From Macrostomum hystrix (lineage: Eukaryota; Animalia; Platyhelminthes), in NCBI GenBank assembly GCA_950097015.1, contig CATNEN010000001.1, positions 27,491,946-27,555,945 on the forward strand: a stretch of DNA of 64,000 nucleotides, in the 5' to 3' direction. The first letter of the stretch is position 1, and every line of letters starts with the position of its first letter. This document shows, piece after piece, positions 11,507 to 22,600 of the stretch. A program made the translations under genes and the position numbers. A model generated the notes under the pieces. That model saw only the letters and a list, made by a program, of their open reading frames with translations. It did not search any database and was not told the origin of the DNA.

Positions 11507-11902
11507 TGCGACAGCCCAGGTCCCAGTCGGGTGCCACCCGTCCCGTCTCCCAGGGAATGGCAGAAAAGAGAGCGCAGGGTACTTACGGCAGACGACTGGC
11601 CCAGCGAGGCTTGAACTTGGATTGAATTGAAGGCTGTTTTAATTAATGAGCAATGCAGGGTGAACAGGCGGAACGGTTGAGACTCGAGTCTCTTCGCAGA
11701 GTCAATATATATTTAATTAACAAGTCTTCGCCCGGGGCTTACGCAAGCGCCGGCCCACGGGTGAAATGTACATTTAACAATTAGGGGGTAGGCTGGGCGA
11801 TCGATACATATGACTGGGGTGGGGCACGCTAGCCGACTGGCGGGGCAGGGAATGAGAAAGATATGAAAATGATAGGGCAGAGGTGAGGGCTGCGTCACAA
11901 CA
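11507..11902 (-). repeat. 5' LTR, lacking its last ~36 bp (U5 end); no PBS seen
   Basis: Matches 5137-5532 with one substitution noticed, and diverges from the 3' LTR right after GGGCTGTCGCA. Confidence 0.88.
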
Positions 11903-12084
11903 CAATTCACGTCTCTGTATTAACTTTATAGTGAAGGTCACCATTTATTAATTTACTGCATTAATGAAAAGTGAAGAGTTTGTTTAAGGCCGTTTTAAAT
12001 AAAAATAAATGAAAAGTTTGTCCAAACAGCCCCCTCTTGATTACTTCTTTAGAAACATGTCTCTTAGCCACTCCTCTATACAGT

Positions 12085-12339
12085 CAGTGGCAGATCCAGG
12101 AATTTTGTTTTGGGGCGGTCTGTCAGGGGAGCGCCATGAGAATCACAGAGGGGGTGCCAGCGGCCGAAAAAGGGCGCCAGGAGCCAAGAAAGGGCGCCAG
12201 CGGCTGAAAAAGGGGTGCCAGCGGCCGAAAAGGGGCGCCAGTGCTGCGACTGGTGCCCCTGGTGGGGGCATCTTATTCCCATGATTAAAATTTTGGGGGG
12301 CGACTGCGCCCCCCCGCCCCCCCCCTAAATCTGCCTCTG
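12085..12339. mobile_element. hAT-type MITE nested in Helitron unit 2
   Basis: Same TIRs and TATACAGT duplication as 3535-3809, with one internal 21-bp unit fewer. Confidence 0.75.
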
Positions 12340-12491
12340 TATACAGTATGCATGTACACGCGTATACATAAGGAAAATAGCCATGGCATAACAATAAGAA
12401 TGTCAAAGAAACAAAATTAAACTGTTTCAGAGTTCAGAGTTAGACAGGTCAAGGTCAATTCGTGACTACTTTTCTATTAATTGCTTGCGAG

Positions 12492-13140
12492 TCACCTCAA
12501 GGCCTGGGGATACACCACATTCTTCGTTCTTCCCTTTGGTGCGAAAATGAATAGGCCAGCTGGAGTTCCAACACGGGAGCAGGCGACATAAAGCTGCCCA
12601 TGCGAGAAGCAAGGAGTCTCCAGGTTGATGCCAGCCACCTTCAGCGACTGTCCCTGAGCCTTGTTAATAGTCATCGCAAAGCACACTCTCACAGGGAACT
12701 GCAGTCGCTTGAACTGAAATGGCAGGTCCGTGGGGATAATTGGAATCCGGGGAACGAACACAGACTCTCCTCTGCCAGATCCAGTCATTATCGTGGCCTC
12801 AATCACGTGTGGGAAGAGCCGCCTGACTATCAGTATGGTGCCGTTACACAGCCTTGGCGCATTCAGGTTGCGGAGGAGCATAATTGGTGCCCCAACTTTC
12901 AGCTGCAAGTTGTGCGATGGAGTTCCAGGAGGATCTAGAGAGTTCAGAAACTCAACAGGATACTCCACAGCGGTGTCATCAGTCAACGTTGTATCAATTG
13001 ACTTGTAGGTGAAAACTGCACCTGGCAACTCCTGAAGCAGTTGGTAGTTAATTTCGTTGGCGGCATCATTTCTAGGACACAGAATTGCCCTCTCTGACAG
13101 CCAGTCAACGTCAGCATATCGAGAGAAATAGGCTGGCTGG
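12492..13140 (-). pseudogene. Helitron RepHel C-terminal PIF1 helicase fragment
   Basis: DWLSERAILCPRND...FSHGQLYVACSRVG...TKNVVYPQAL in ORF 12492..13187. Confidence 0.82.
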
Positions 13141-14824
13141 AGAGAAATATCAACCGGAGAGCCCTGCGCACTGGGACGCCACCGCACTCACCGCAATTAG
13201 TCTCAGTGCTGCTTGGGGGCCAGAAGACAGTCTAGGGGTTTGGGCTGTGTACATTCACGGCTTGAAATACAATGTACAGTCTGGGGCTTCGGCGCCCGGG
13301 GAAGGGAGGGGGTGGCTGTAATAAAATTTGGCCCGCAGAGTGGCGGAGGGGAGTTGGGGTGGCTGTCCTCGGAAAACAAAAGTGACTCACTTTGAGATGA
13401 TGCAGCTTTGCTCTGGATTGAGTAGAGATGTTCAAAATTGACAGCATTGTTGGAAAACATGTAAAGTGTAAGTGGATCAAATTTGGAGAAAATCTGACAA
13501 AGTGGGGCGACGATATGTCGAATTGAGTGATTTTTTTACGATTTTTGAGCAGTTTTTTGCCCTTTTGAGCAGGAAGGAAATGATTTTTCGGGAATTTGAG
13601 TAGCCTATTGCACTCAGCGTTGGTGGTTTTAGGTATGTGCAAAGTTTGGTGCGATTTAGTTGAGCGGTTTCGGCGTCTATAAAGACAAAAGGTTGCACAC
13701 ACACACACACACACACAGACAGACAGACAGACAGAGTTTTCACTTTTATATATATAGATTTACTAAGCCTATATATTAAAACATTGACAGGGTCTTGCCA
13801 TACAATAATAAGCAATCATACAATCATAAGGCTAGGGTCTAAAGAGAAGCTTCATCGGCGGAAATAGACGAACCTATAAATAAACTAATATCAATAGAGA
13901 AGATTTTGATCCGCCTCAATTCACTTGAATTTTGCATAAAAATAATTAAAATTTCTAATATACATTGTGTACTTTTAGGCCTTTTCAAAAAGTACCTTTT
14001 AGTGTACTTAAATAGGCGTAAAGCAGCCTCTTAGACCTTTTCTAAGAAATCTTGTCTTCCGTCCTTTAACTCCGAAGTGGTGCTTGTGACCACCTTCAAA
14101 ACTAATGCTTTAGCCTACCCTTGCCACTTCATTCTGAGCTTCATTTGTCTGCTCAATCAATCACCTGTTGCTTGTCCCGCCGCCTCGCTGTCACATTCGC
14201 TCCTCGCTCGCCGCCTTTGCCACCAGCAGCTTCATCCACAAGCACCGATCGATGCTTACCTCGACATCTGGCCCGCCATCTATTAGCCAGCTTTCCAAGA
14301 CTCTTCATAGCACGAACATTGAAAATCACCTCAACGATTTTTGACACATACTCACACACACACACACACCATAAATATCCAATCTGCTTCTTATTACCAG
14401 TTTTCTTCTCAATCTTTGAATAAACAAACTAGCGTGGCATTCTCCTATAGCTACTTTAAGTAGCTGATTAAATAAAAGTATATTTGGTAGTATTCTCGGG
14501 TTTCGCCTTCTTGTTGGAGCTATGGACTTCTGAACAATAATAGGCCGGGAGTTCAAATCGCAGATACAATTTTATCTGTTCACTTGACTCTGAAGTGGGT
14601 ACCAGCTTCAGTTATGGTAGATGCTATCAACCAGGGTTCATTTATAATAAACAATTTTAACAATAAGATTCAGTAGTATTAAGTAGTATTGTAAAGCGAT
14701 TTTTAATTCCTTAGTCTCGACCATAGACTACGCATTAAACGCGTGCATTAAACTTCCCGCGGTCCCTAAGCGTTTAATGTACAAGGGCAATATCAAGGGC
14801 AATATCAAAATTGCTCTATATCAA

Positions 14825-15136
14825 GAGGTTGTAGCCTAGTGGTTAGGGCGTCGGACTAACGACTTGAAGGTCGGGGGTTCGATTCCCGACTCCCCTGAAC
14901 AATTTGTGTCCTTTAGCAAGACACTTAACTCTGCATTGCTTCAGTTCACCCAGCTGTTAAATGGGTACCAGCATCAGCTGGGATAATTGAAGGTGGGTGT
15001 GGCGTCCCCCCAGTCCATGGACTGAACATCTGTACGCAGCCTTCAGATGTGCCGCGCAATAGCTGCGGCTGTGCTGTCGGCTGCACATCTGGCCCGATTG
15101 GGGCAGGTGTAATTAGTTATTAATTATCATTATTAA
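14825..15136 (+). mobile_element. tRNA-derived SINE family A (most complete copy)
   Basis: Pol III A box TAGCCTAGTGG and B box GGTTCGATTCC, CORE-like GTGTCCTTTAGCAAGACACTTAAC, AT-rich (TTA) tail; several dispersed copies in the window. Confidence 0.8.
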
Positions 15137-15839
15137 TCTATATCAAACTCTATGGCGAATGCATATCGGTAAAAAAATCAAATAATTGACAATAAGATCA
15201 TAAAAATAATAAATAATAATAGCCGACATTGTCAGATGATGAATTTTTGTGAGCAGAAATAGAAAAGAAAGGAAGTAGCGGGTATTTGAAAACCAGACGT
15301 GGTCTCTCTCTGCTGTTAAGACAAATACGAGACAGATTGTACAGGCAGTCGCTAGATACAGAAACTTAGAAAGCTTCGTGCAGCGCTCGCAGCTCTTCCT
15401 GAGCAGTGCTCATCGTGTTACTCTGCTTACTCTGTGAAATTCGAAATCGACAATCACATTGTAGCAAACTGTCCAGAAGTAATATTTTGAGCCGTTTTCC
15501 TGGAAAGGCAAACGCAAGCTGTCTCGAAAACTTATTTTGAATGACTTAATTCAACCGAGTCAAACACAAGACTTTATACAACGATAGCCTCAAATTGCCT
15601 CAATGAGGCGTTTCAAGCTGTCAATCATCGCTCATTTCGCTTTGCCAGCAGCTCTTTCCTAACTTTTGCTTTCAGTTCTGCATCGGTAAGTCTCACCAGA
15701 CCGAAGCGATTTCATTCACATTCGTTTCGTTATCCGCATCACTTGATGAACTGCCATGGACTAATAGGGCCAGCAACTGCACACTGTATTTTGTAGACTG
15801 AGAAAATAGTATTACAGAACAGACAGGTAAAATACAGGT

Positions 15840-16082
15840 ACTCTGTTGTGCAGCCGAAAACACAGCCGCAGCTGTTGCGCGGCGCATCTAAAGGCTGCGT
15901 ACCAGTGTTCAGTCCGTGGACTGGGTATACCAGCTAATGCGGGTACCCGTTTAATAATTAAGTGAACTGAAGCCAAGCAGAGTTAATTGACTTGCTAAAG
16001 GATTGAAATTGTTCCAATAGAGTCAGGAAACGAACCCCCAACGTTTAAGTCCGTCGTTCAAAACACAAGGCTATAACTCCCC
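15840..16082 (-). mobile_element. SINE family A copy (inverted, diverged)
   Basis: Reverse-complement match to 14825-15090. Confidence 0.7.
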
Positions 16083-16189
16083 TGATTGGTACTGCTGCAG
16101 GATTTGAGATTTGGCCTCACTAACTGTTGCAACGTTAATTTTTAAAGGCATGCTAATGAACTTGACTAATAAAAAAGCCAGTTAGTATT

Positions 16190-18646
16190 CTCAGTCACAC
16201 AGGTACTTGTCTCAGACAGCCATGCAGGTAGTAGTCTCAGCCCCACAGGTAGTAGTCTCAGCCACACAGGTAGTAGTCTCAGCCACACGGGTAGTACTCT
16301 CAGCCACGCAGGTAGTAGTCTCAGCCACGCAGGTAGTAGTCTCAGACACACAGGTAGTAGTCTCAGCCACGCAGGTAGTAGTCTCAGCCACACAGGTAGT
16401 AGTCTCAGCCACGCAGGTAGTAGTCTCAGCCACGCAGGTAGTAGTCTCAGCCACGCAGGTAGTAGTCTCAGACACACAGGTAGTAGTCTCAGCCACGCAG
16501 GTAGTAGTCTCAGCCACGCAGGTAGTAGTCTCAGACACACAGGTAGTAGTCTCAGCCACGCAGGTAGTAGTCTCAGCCACGCAGGTAGTAGTCTCAGCCA
16601 CACAGGTAGTAGTCTCAGCCACACAGGTAGTAGTCTCAGCCACACAGGTAGTAGTCTCAGCCACACAGGTAGTAGTCTCAGCCACACAGGTAGTAGTCTC
16701 AGCCACACAGGTAGTAGTCTCAGCCACACAGGTAGTAGTCTCAGCCACACAGGTAGTAGTCTCAGCCACACAGGTAGTAGTCTCAGCCACACAGGTAGTA
16801 GTCTCAGCCACACAGGTAGTAGTCTCAGCCACACAGGTAGTAGTCTCAGCCACACAGGTAGTAGTCTCAGACACACAGGTAGTAGTCTCAGCCACACAGG
16901 TAGTAGTCTCAGCCTCGCAGGTAGTAGTCTCAGCCATGCAGGTAGTAGTCTCAGCCACACAGGTAGTAGTCTCAGCCACGCAGGTAGTAGTCTCAGCCAC
17001 ACAGGTAGTAGTCTCAGCCACACAGGTAGTAGTCTCAGCCACACAGGTAGTAGTCTCAGCCACGCAGGTAGTAGTCTCAGCCACACAGGTAGTAGTCTCA
17101 GCCACACAGGTAGTAGTCTCAGCCACACAGGTAGTAGTCTCAGCCACACAGGTAGTAGTCTCAGCCACACAGGTAAGTAGTCTCAGCCACGCAGGTAGTA
17201 GTCTCAGCCACACAGGTAGTAGTCTCAGCCACGCAGGTAGTAGTCTCAGCCACACAGGTAGTAGTCTCAGCCACGCAGGTAGTAGTCTCAGCCACGCAGG
17301 TAGTAGTCTCAGCCACGCAGGTAGTAGTCTCAGCCACGCAGGTAGTAGTCTCAGCCACGCAGGTAGTAGTCTCAGCCACACAGGTAGCAGTCTCAGCCAC
17401 ACAGGTAGTAGTCTCAGCCACACAGGTAAGTAGTCTCAGCCACACAGGTAGTAGTCTCAGCCACACAGGTAAGTAGTCTCAGCCACACAGGTAGTAGTCT
17501 CAGCCACACAGGTAGTTGTCTCAGCCACACAGGTAGTAGTCTCAGCCACACAGGTAGTAGTCTCAGCCACACAGGTAGTAGTCTCAGCCACACAGGTAGT
17601 AGTCTCAGCCACACAGGTAGTAGTCTCAGCCACACAGGTAGTAGTCTCAGCCACACAGGTAGTAGTCTCAGCCACACAGGTAGTAGTCTCAGACACACAG
17701 GTAGTAGTCTCAGCCACACAGGTAGTAGTCTCAGCCTCGCAGGTAGTAGTCTCAGCCATGCAGGTAGTAGTCTCAGCCACACAGGTAGTAGTCTCAGCCA
17801 CGCAGGTAGTAGTCTCAGCCACACAGGTAGTAGTCTCAGCCACACAGGTAGTAGTCTCAGCCACACAGGTAGTAGTCTCAGCCACGCAGGTAGTAGTCTC
17901 AGCCACACAGGTAGTAGTCTCAGCCACACAGGTAGTAGTCTCAGCCACACAGGTAGTAGTCTCAGCCACACAGGTAGTAGTCTCAGCCACACAGGTAAGT
18001 AGTCTCAGCCACGCAGGTAGTAGTCTCAGCCACACAGGTAGTAGTCTCAGCCACGCAGGTAGTAGTCTCAGCCACGCAGGTAGTAGTCTCAGCCACGCAG
18101 GTAGTAGTCTCAGCCACGCAGGTAGTAGTCTCAGCCACGCAGGTAGTAGTCTCAGCCACACAGGTAGCAGTCTCAGCCACACAGGTAGTAGTCTCAGCCA
18201 CACAGGTAAGTAGTCTCAGCCACACAGGTAGTAGTCTCAGCCACACAGGTAAGTAGTCTCAGCCACACAGGTAGTAGTCTCAGCCACACAGGTAGTTGTC
18301 TCAGCCACACAGGTAGTAGTCTCAGCCACACAGGTAGTAGTCTCAGCCACACAGGTAGTAGTCTCAGCCACACAGGTAGTAGTCTCAGCCACACAGGTAG
18401 TAGTCTCAGCCACACAGGTAGTAGTCTCAGCCACACAGGTAAGTAGTCTCAGCCACACAGGTAGTAGTCTCAGCCAGCCATGCAGGTAGTAGTCTCAGCC
18501 ACACAGGTAGTAGTCTCAGCCACACAGGTAGTAGTCTCAGCCACACAGGTAAGTAGTCTCAGCCACACAGGTAGTAGTCTCAGCCAGCCATGCAGGTAGT
18601 AGTCTCAGCCACACAGGTAGTAGTCTCAGCCATGCAGGTAGTAGTC
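16190..18646 (-). repeat. 21-bp DYYLCG* tandem array, ~116 units, behind the stop of paralog 2
   Basis: Seen directly; variant units (CGT, CAT, CGA, GTC, 22-bp GACTACTTACC) mark higher-order duplication. Confidence 0.95.
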
Positions 18647-19336
18647 TCCAACGATGTCAATCAGGCTGGCAGGCGGGTAGGCGAACCTGAGCAGGTAGCA
18701 CATCTGCTGCTGCTTGTTAAAAATGAGAGCCTGGCAGTTTTCAGTAGCGCGGCACTGAGCAGCACACTCAAATTTCATCTTGGCATTCCGGATCCAAACA
18801 GGTGTACTCGTGGACACAACAGTCAGAATGGGCATTGACTTTTTGTAAAGTAACCGCTGTCTGAAAAATTTAATAACATGAATTTTTAACCTCAGAGCTG
18901 CTAAACAGAAGTATTAGTCATGCTAAGTCAGGGATTGTGTACCTGGATAGGTCTGAGCAAACACCGAGTTCCGATCACCTGCTCCGCACTTCTGCTTGGA
19001 GTTACCTGAGCACGCCTTGTTACATTCGGTGTCACTGGCATTTCGCTGCGATCCGTAGGAGAGGCCGCAGAAACACTGAGAGCTGAACTGCACACCAAAA
19101 TAAGGAAATCCACCAAGGGAGCAGACACCGCTGCAGTACTCATGCGTCATCACACTGCTCTGCACACCTGCAGAAAGACTGAATGCGAATTCACCGATGC
19201 TGCTAACACCTGCCAGCGCATTCAAGTCTCTCATGTTCATTGTGTTGTCACGGTAGCAGCCGATGTAAAAGTACTGAGCCACCCTGGCAGTTGTGAGGCC
19301 CAGCAGTGTGCTACAGATAGCCGAGAACAGAAGCAT
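18626..19336 (-). CDS. WSC-PAN paralog 2 (exons 19336-18943, 18860-18626; apparent 1-nt deletion early in exon 2)
   Basis: MLLFSAICSTLLGLTTARVAQYFYIGC..., complete WSC cysteine set; exon 2 ends ...CYLLRFAYPPASLIDIVGDYYLHG*. The spliced frame needs one extra base near AAAAGTCAATG (~18835-18845). Confidence 0.78.
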
Positions 19337-19667
19337 GATTTGGTCGTAACGATCTGAAAAGCTCCCAGTGTCACGGCTTATGCTCATTGATAGCTTTATT
19401 TATACCCTGGAGAACCTGTCCTGTTTGGCTTCATCCCATTGGGTACTTAAAGATTTGAAAACAGTTTTTCACTAATTCTACGAGTATATGAAAAAAACGT
19501 GTTCATGAGGCTGAAAAAAATATCTGCTTTGGGTGTGTTTAGCACAGGTGTTTAGCACTAGGTGTTTGGCACAGGTGCTCAAACAGGAACTTGAAAGCTT
19601 TTATTTGTGAAGCGAAGCATGTACTCTTGCCAAATCCACCCTCTTTGTCGACTCTCTCATCACCCAG

Positions 19668-22600
19668 CTCTGCTCAGCTCGGCCTTGAGCTGAACGAGCC
19701 ATGGCTCGTGACCAGCGCCGGTGCCTACGTGTGGAACTACGGCCAACACCTGCTGGCCATGGGCCGGCACAACCTGCTGACGCAGCACCTGCTGCCGCTA
19801 GTCGACTGCCTGCGCCGAGGCGGCCACGATGGCCGGACGGAGCTGCTGGTGAACGTGTGCACGGCTGTGGGCTACGGGCTCATCAGGCAGTGGCTGCCAC
19901 CGCTGCCGAAGAGACAGACTGCTGGCGAGGGCGAGGACGGAGGTAGGAAAATGTCGAAGATCTTTGGCTGAATCTACAGAGCTGGGAGGCTGAGTGGCGG
20001 TTCGACTCTCACACCAATGTCCCCGAGCTCGATTCCGAGGTCGGTTTCAATCATTGTGGGCCGAAGCCGCGGGGAGACGGCTTAGAATTAGAGCCTTAGT
20101 CTCACAACTTAAAGGTCCACTGGCGGGGAGACGGCTTAGAATTAGAGCCTTAGTCTCACAACTTAAAGGTCCACTGGCGGGGAGACGGCTTAGAATTAGA
20201 GCCTTAGTCTCACAACTTAAAGGTCCACTGGCGGGGAGACGGCTTAGAATTAGAGCCTTAGTCTCACAACTTAAAGGTCCATTGGAACAATTTGTGTCCT
20301 TTAGCAAGACACTGAACTCTGCATTGCTTCAGTTCACCCAGCTGTTAAATGGGTACCAGCATCAGCTGGGATAATTTAGGTTTGGGTGATGCTTCCCCCC
20401 AGTCCATGGACTGAACATCGTCCTTCAGATGCGCCGTGCCATGGCTGCTTCTGTGCTGTCTGCTGCACATAAACACAGCTTGATTATAAAAGTCAGGGTA
20501 TTTGACAGCCAAGAATATCCGTGACCATCGGAATGAGCATTCGAAGTCGCATCTTCGCTGGCTGCAGGCGGCCACAGCACCCACAGCCCCTGCAAGAATT
20601 CCCCCCATATCTGAATCCCCCGATCCGCTCATCCTACACAGCCGAGGCCGCCGCAGCTGCGGGCAGCAAGAAGAAGCCCGGCAGCGGCAAGGCGAAGCCG
20701 CAGGCAGCCGCGCCCGTGCAGATCAGCCCGGAGGGCGTGCCCGACTGCAAGCGGGCCGCGGAGGTCACGGCTTACGCGCTGGACGTCACGAATGGCAACC
20801 GTGCGGAGGATGGCATTCCGATTGGCCTGCGCTATCCGCTGTTGCAGGTGAGTTCCCTAATTAGCTGCTCAGGTGAGTTCCCTAATTAGCTGCTCAGGTG
20901 AGTTCCCTAATTAGCTGCTCAGGTGAGTTCCCTAATTAGCTGCTCAGGTGAGTTCCCTAATTAGCTGCTCAGGTGAGTTCCCTAATTAGCTGCTCAGGTG
21001 AGTTCCCTAATTAGCTGCTCAGGTGAGTTCCCTAATTAGCTGCTCAGGTGAGTTCCCTAATTAGCTGCTCAGGTGAGTTCCCTAATTAGCTGCTCAGGTG
21101 AGTTCCCTAATTAGCTGCTCAGGTGAGTTCCCTAATTAGCTGCTCAGGTGAGTTCCCTAATTAGCTGCTCAGGTGAGTTCCCTAATTTGCTGCTCAGGTG
21201 AGTTCCCTAATTTGCTGCTCAGGTGAGTTCCCTAATTAGCTGCTCAGGTGAGTTCCCTAATTTGCTGCTCGAGTGCTCACAAGTGAGAGGCTTACAGTTT
21301 ATTCAATCACCGACATCATCTGGGCAGGTGTGGCTGCAGGCCAAGCAGATGGCCCAGCAGGCTGTCGGCAAGGGCCTCGGCGCGGAGGAGGGCCTCGAGT
21401 CGTACGACGCGCCCCGCCAGATGACCCGCGCCTGCGTTGCCGTAGAAATGCTCTGGCTAGGCCGCAACGGCGTCATGGAGTTCAAGGAGGCCCCGGGAGT
21501 CGGCGAGGCCGTCCAGATGGTGACGGACTGCCAGTGGACCGACAACCTGGTGGCGCTGCAGCTGTTTGTCAAGCTGGCCTTCATTGGCCTGGAGATGCAG
21601 GAGTACCACCAGGTGTGCTCAATTTATGCAGTGCTTTCCTAACCCTTTTAGCCATTTTTAAAATGAAATTTCGTCTAACTTGGCTCCCATATCCCATTGT
21701 GTGGTTGAAGTAATCAAGCCTGTTCTCCAACCTTCAGGTGCTGAAATGCTGCGACAAGGCCCTGCAGCTGGATGGCCACCTGGAAGATGGTCAGCAGCAG
21801 TCAGAGCTGAAGAAGCAGCAGCTGCAGCAGCTTCAGCAGCACCGCCAGATTGTCGGCCGCGAGCATCTGTCACTGGCAGCAAGTTTGAAGGGCCAGGCGC
21901 TGATGCGGGTGATGCAGGGCAAGATGGCAGTCCGCAGGCAAGCGATGGCAGCCTTCCTGTTGGCCTGTCGGCACGCCAGGCAGGCGAAGAACTACCAGCT
22001 GATTGCAGCAGCAGCCAGGCTGTACTGGAATGCGGCTGCCAGCCTTGTCGGCCAGCCGATCGAGCGGCAGCTGCTGCTGGAGCCGCTGCAGACGATGCTG
22101 GAAGCTCTGGCAGCCACTGTGGACAAGAAGCGGCTCAAAAAGCTGTTTGAGCGGCCTGAGGGACAGGTAAGACTTGCTAATCTGGGGTGAGATTGATTAC
22201 CTGTGATTTCATGCATACCGTTAAACTCCACTTTGCCGACGCACAGGAGGGCTCAGGCGCCGGTGTTGTGGAAGACGACGGCCCGACGGATCCCGAGGAG
22301 CGCCGGCTGGAGCAGAAGATTCACTTCGTGCAGTCCTCACCTGAGCAGACGGTGCTGGGCCTATTCCCACCGGCCATCAGCCCGCCGCCCAGCGCCAAGC
22401 AGCTGGAGGAGGACCTCACTCTGCGGGCCAACATGTACGGCGTGCTGTTCCAGGCCTACGCTGACAAGGTAGGCGGCTTTTTCTAATTTTATGATTTGTG
22501 AGCTAAACTGACTACTGATGACGTCACAGATAAGTAGGTACGACAAATAATGAAAGTGACGTCACTAAAGATTATAAAGACCACGGAAAGTAAATGCCCA

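Larger units (their letters stand above)
5101..11902 (-). mobile_element. Ty3/gypsy LTR retrotransposon, near full length
   Basis: TGTTGTG...CACAACA termini, 4-bp target duplication CAAT (5097-5100, 11903-11906), near-identical LTRs, polypurine tract AAGGAGGGGAGGA next to the 3' LTR, and gag + pol in PR-RT-RH-IN order. Confidence 0.95.
5044..13758 (-). mobile_element. non-autonomous Helitron, unit 2 (interrupted by the gypsy element at 5101-11902)
   Basis: Near-identical to unit 1. 5' TC at 13758, 3' CTAG at 5044. Contains ~180 bp (13101-13284) that unit 1 lacks. Confidence 0.85.

Noticed and set aside
14825-14897. tRNA gene
   Set aside because: The A and B boxes are followed by a shared SINE body and tail found in several diverged copies; there is no clean cloverleaf or poly-T terminator.
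16190-18646. CRISPR-like array
   Set aside because: Units are contiguous with no unique spacers, there are no cas genes, and the context is eukaryotic.
16166-18838. ORFs of WLRLLPV, VAETTTC, SATQVVV and SSLSHTG repeats as stand-alone genes (also at 420-1009 and 50637-51792)
   Set aside because: They are alternative frames of the 21-bp unit; the biologically anchored frame is the one ending in TGA.
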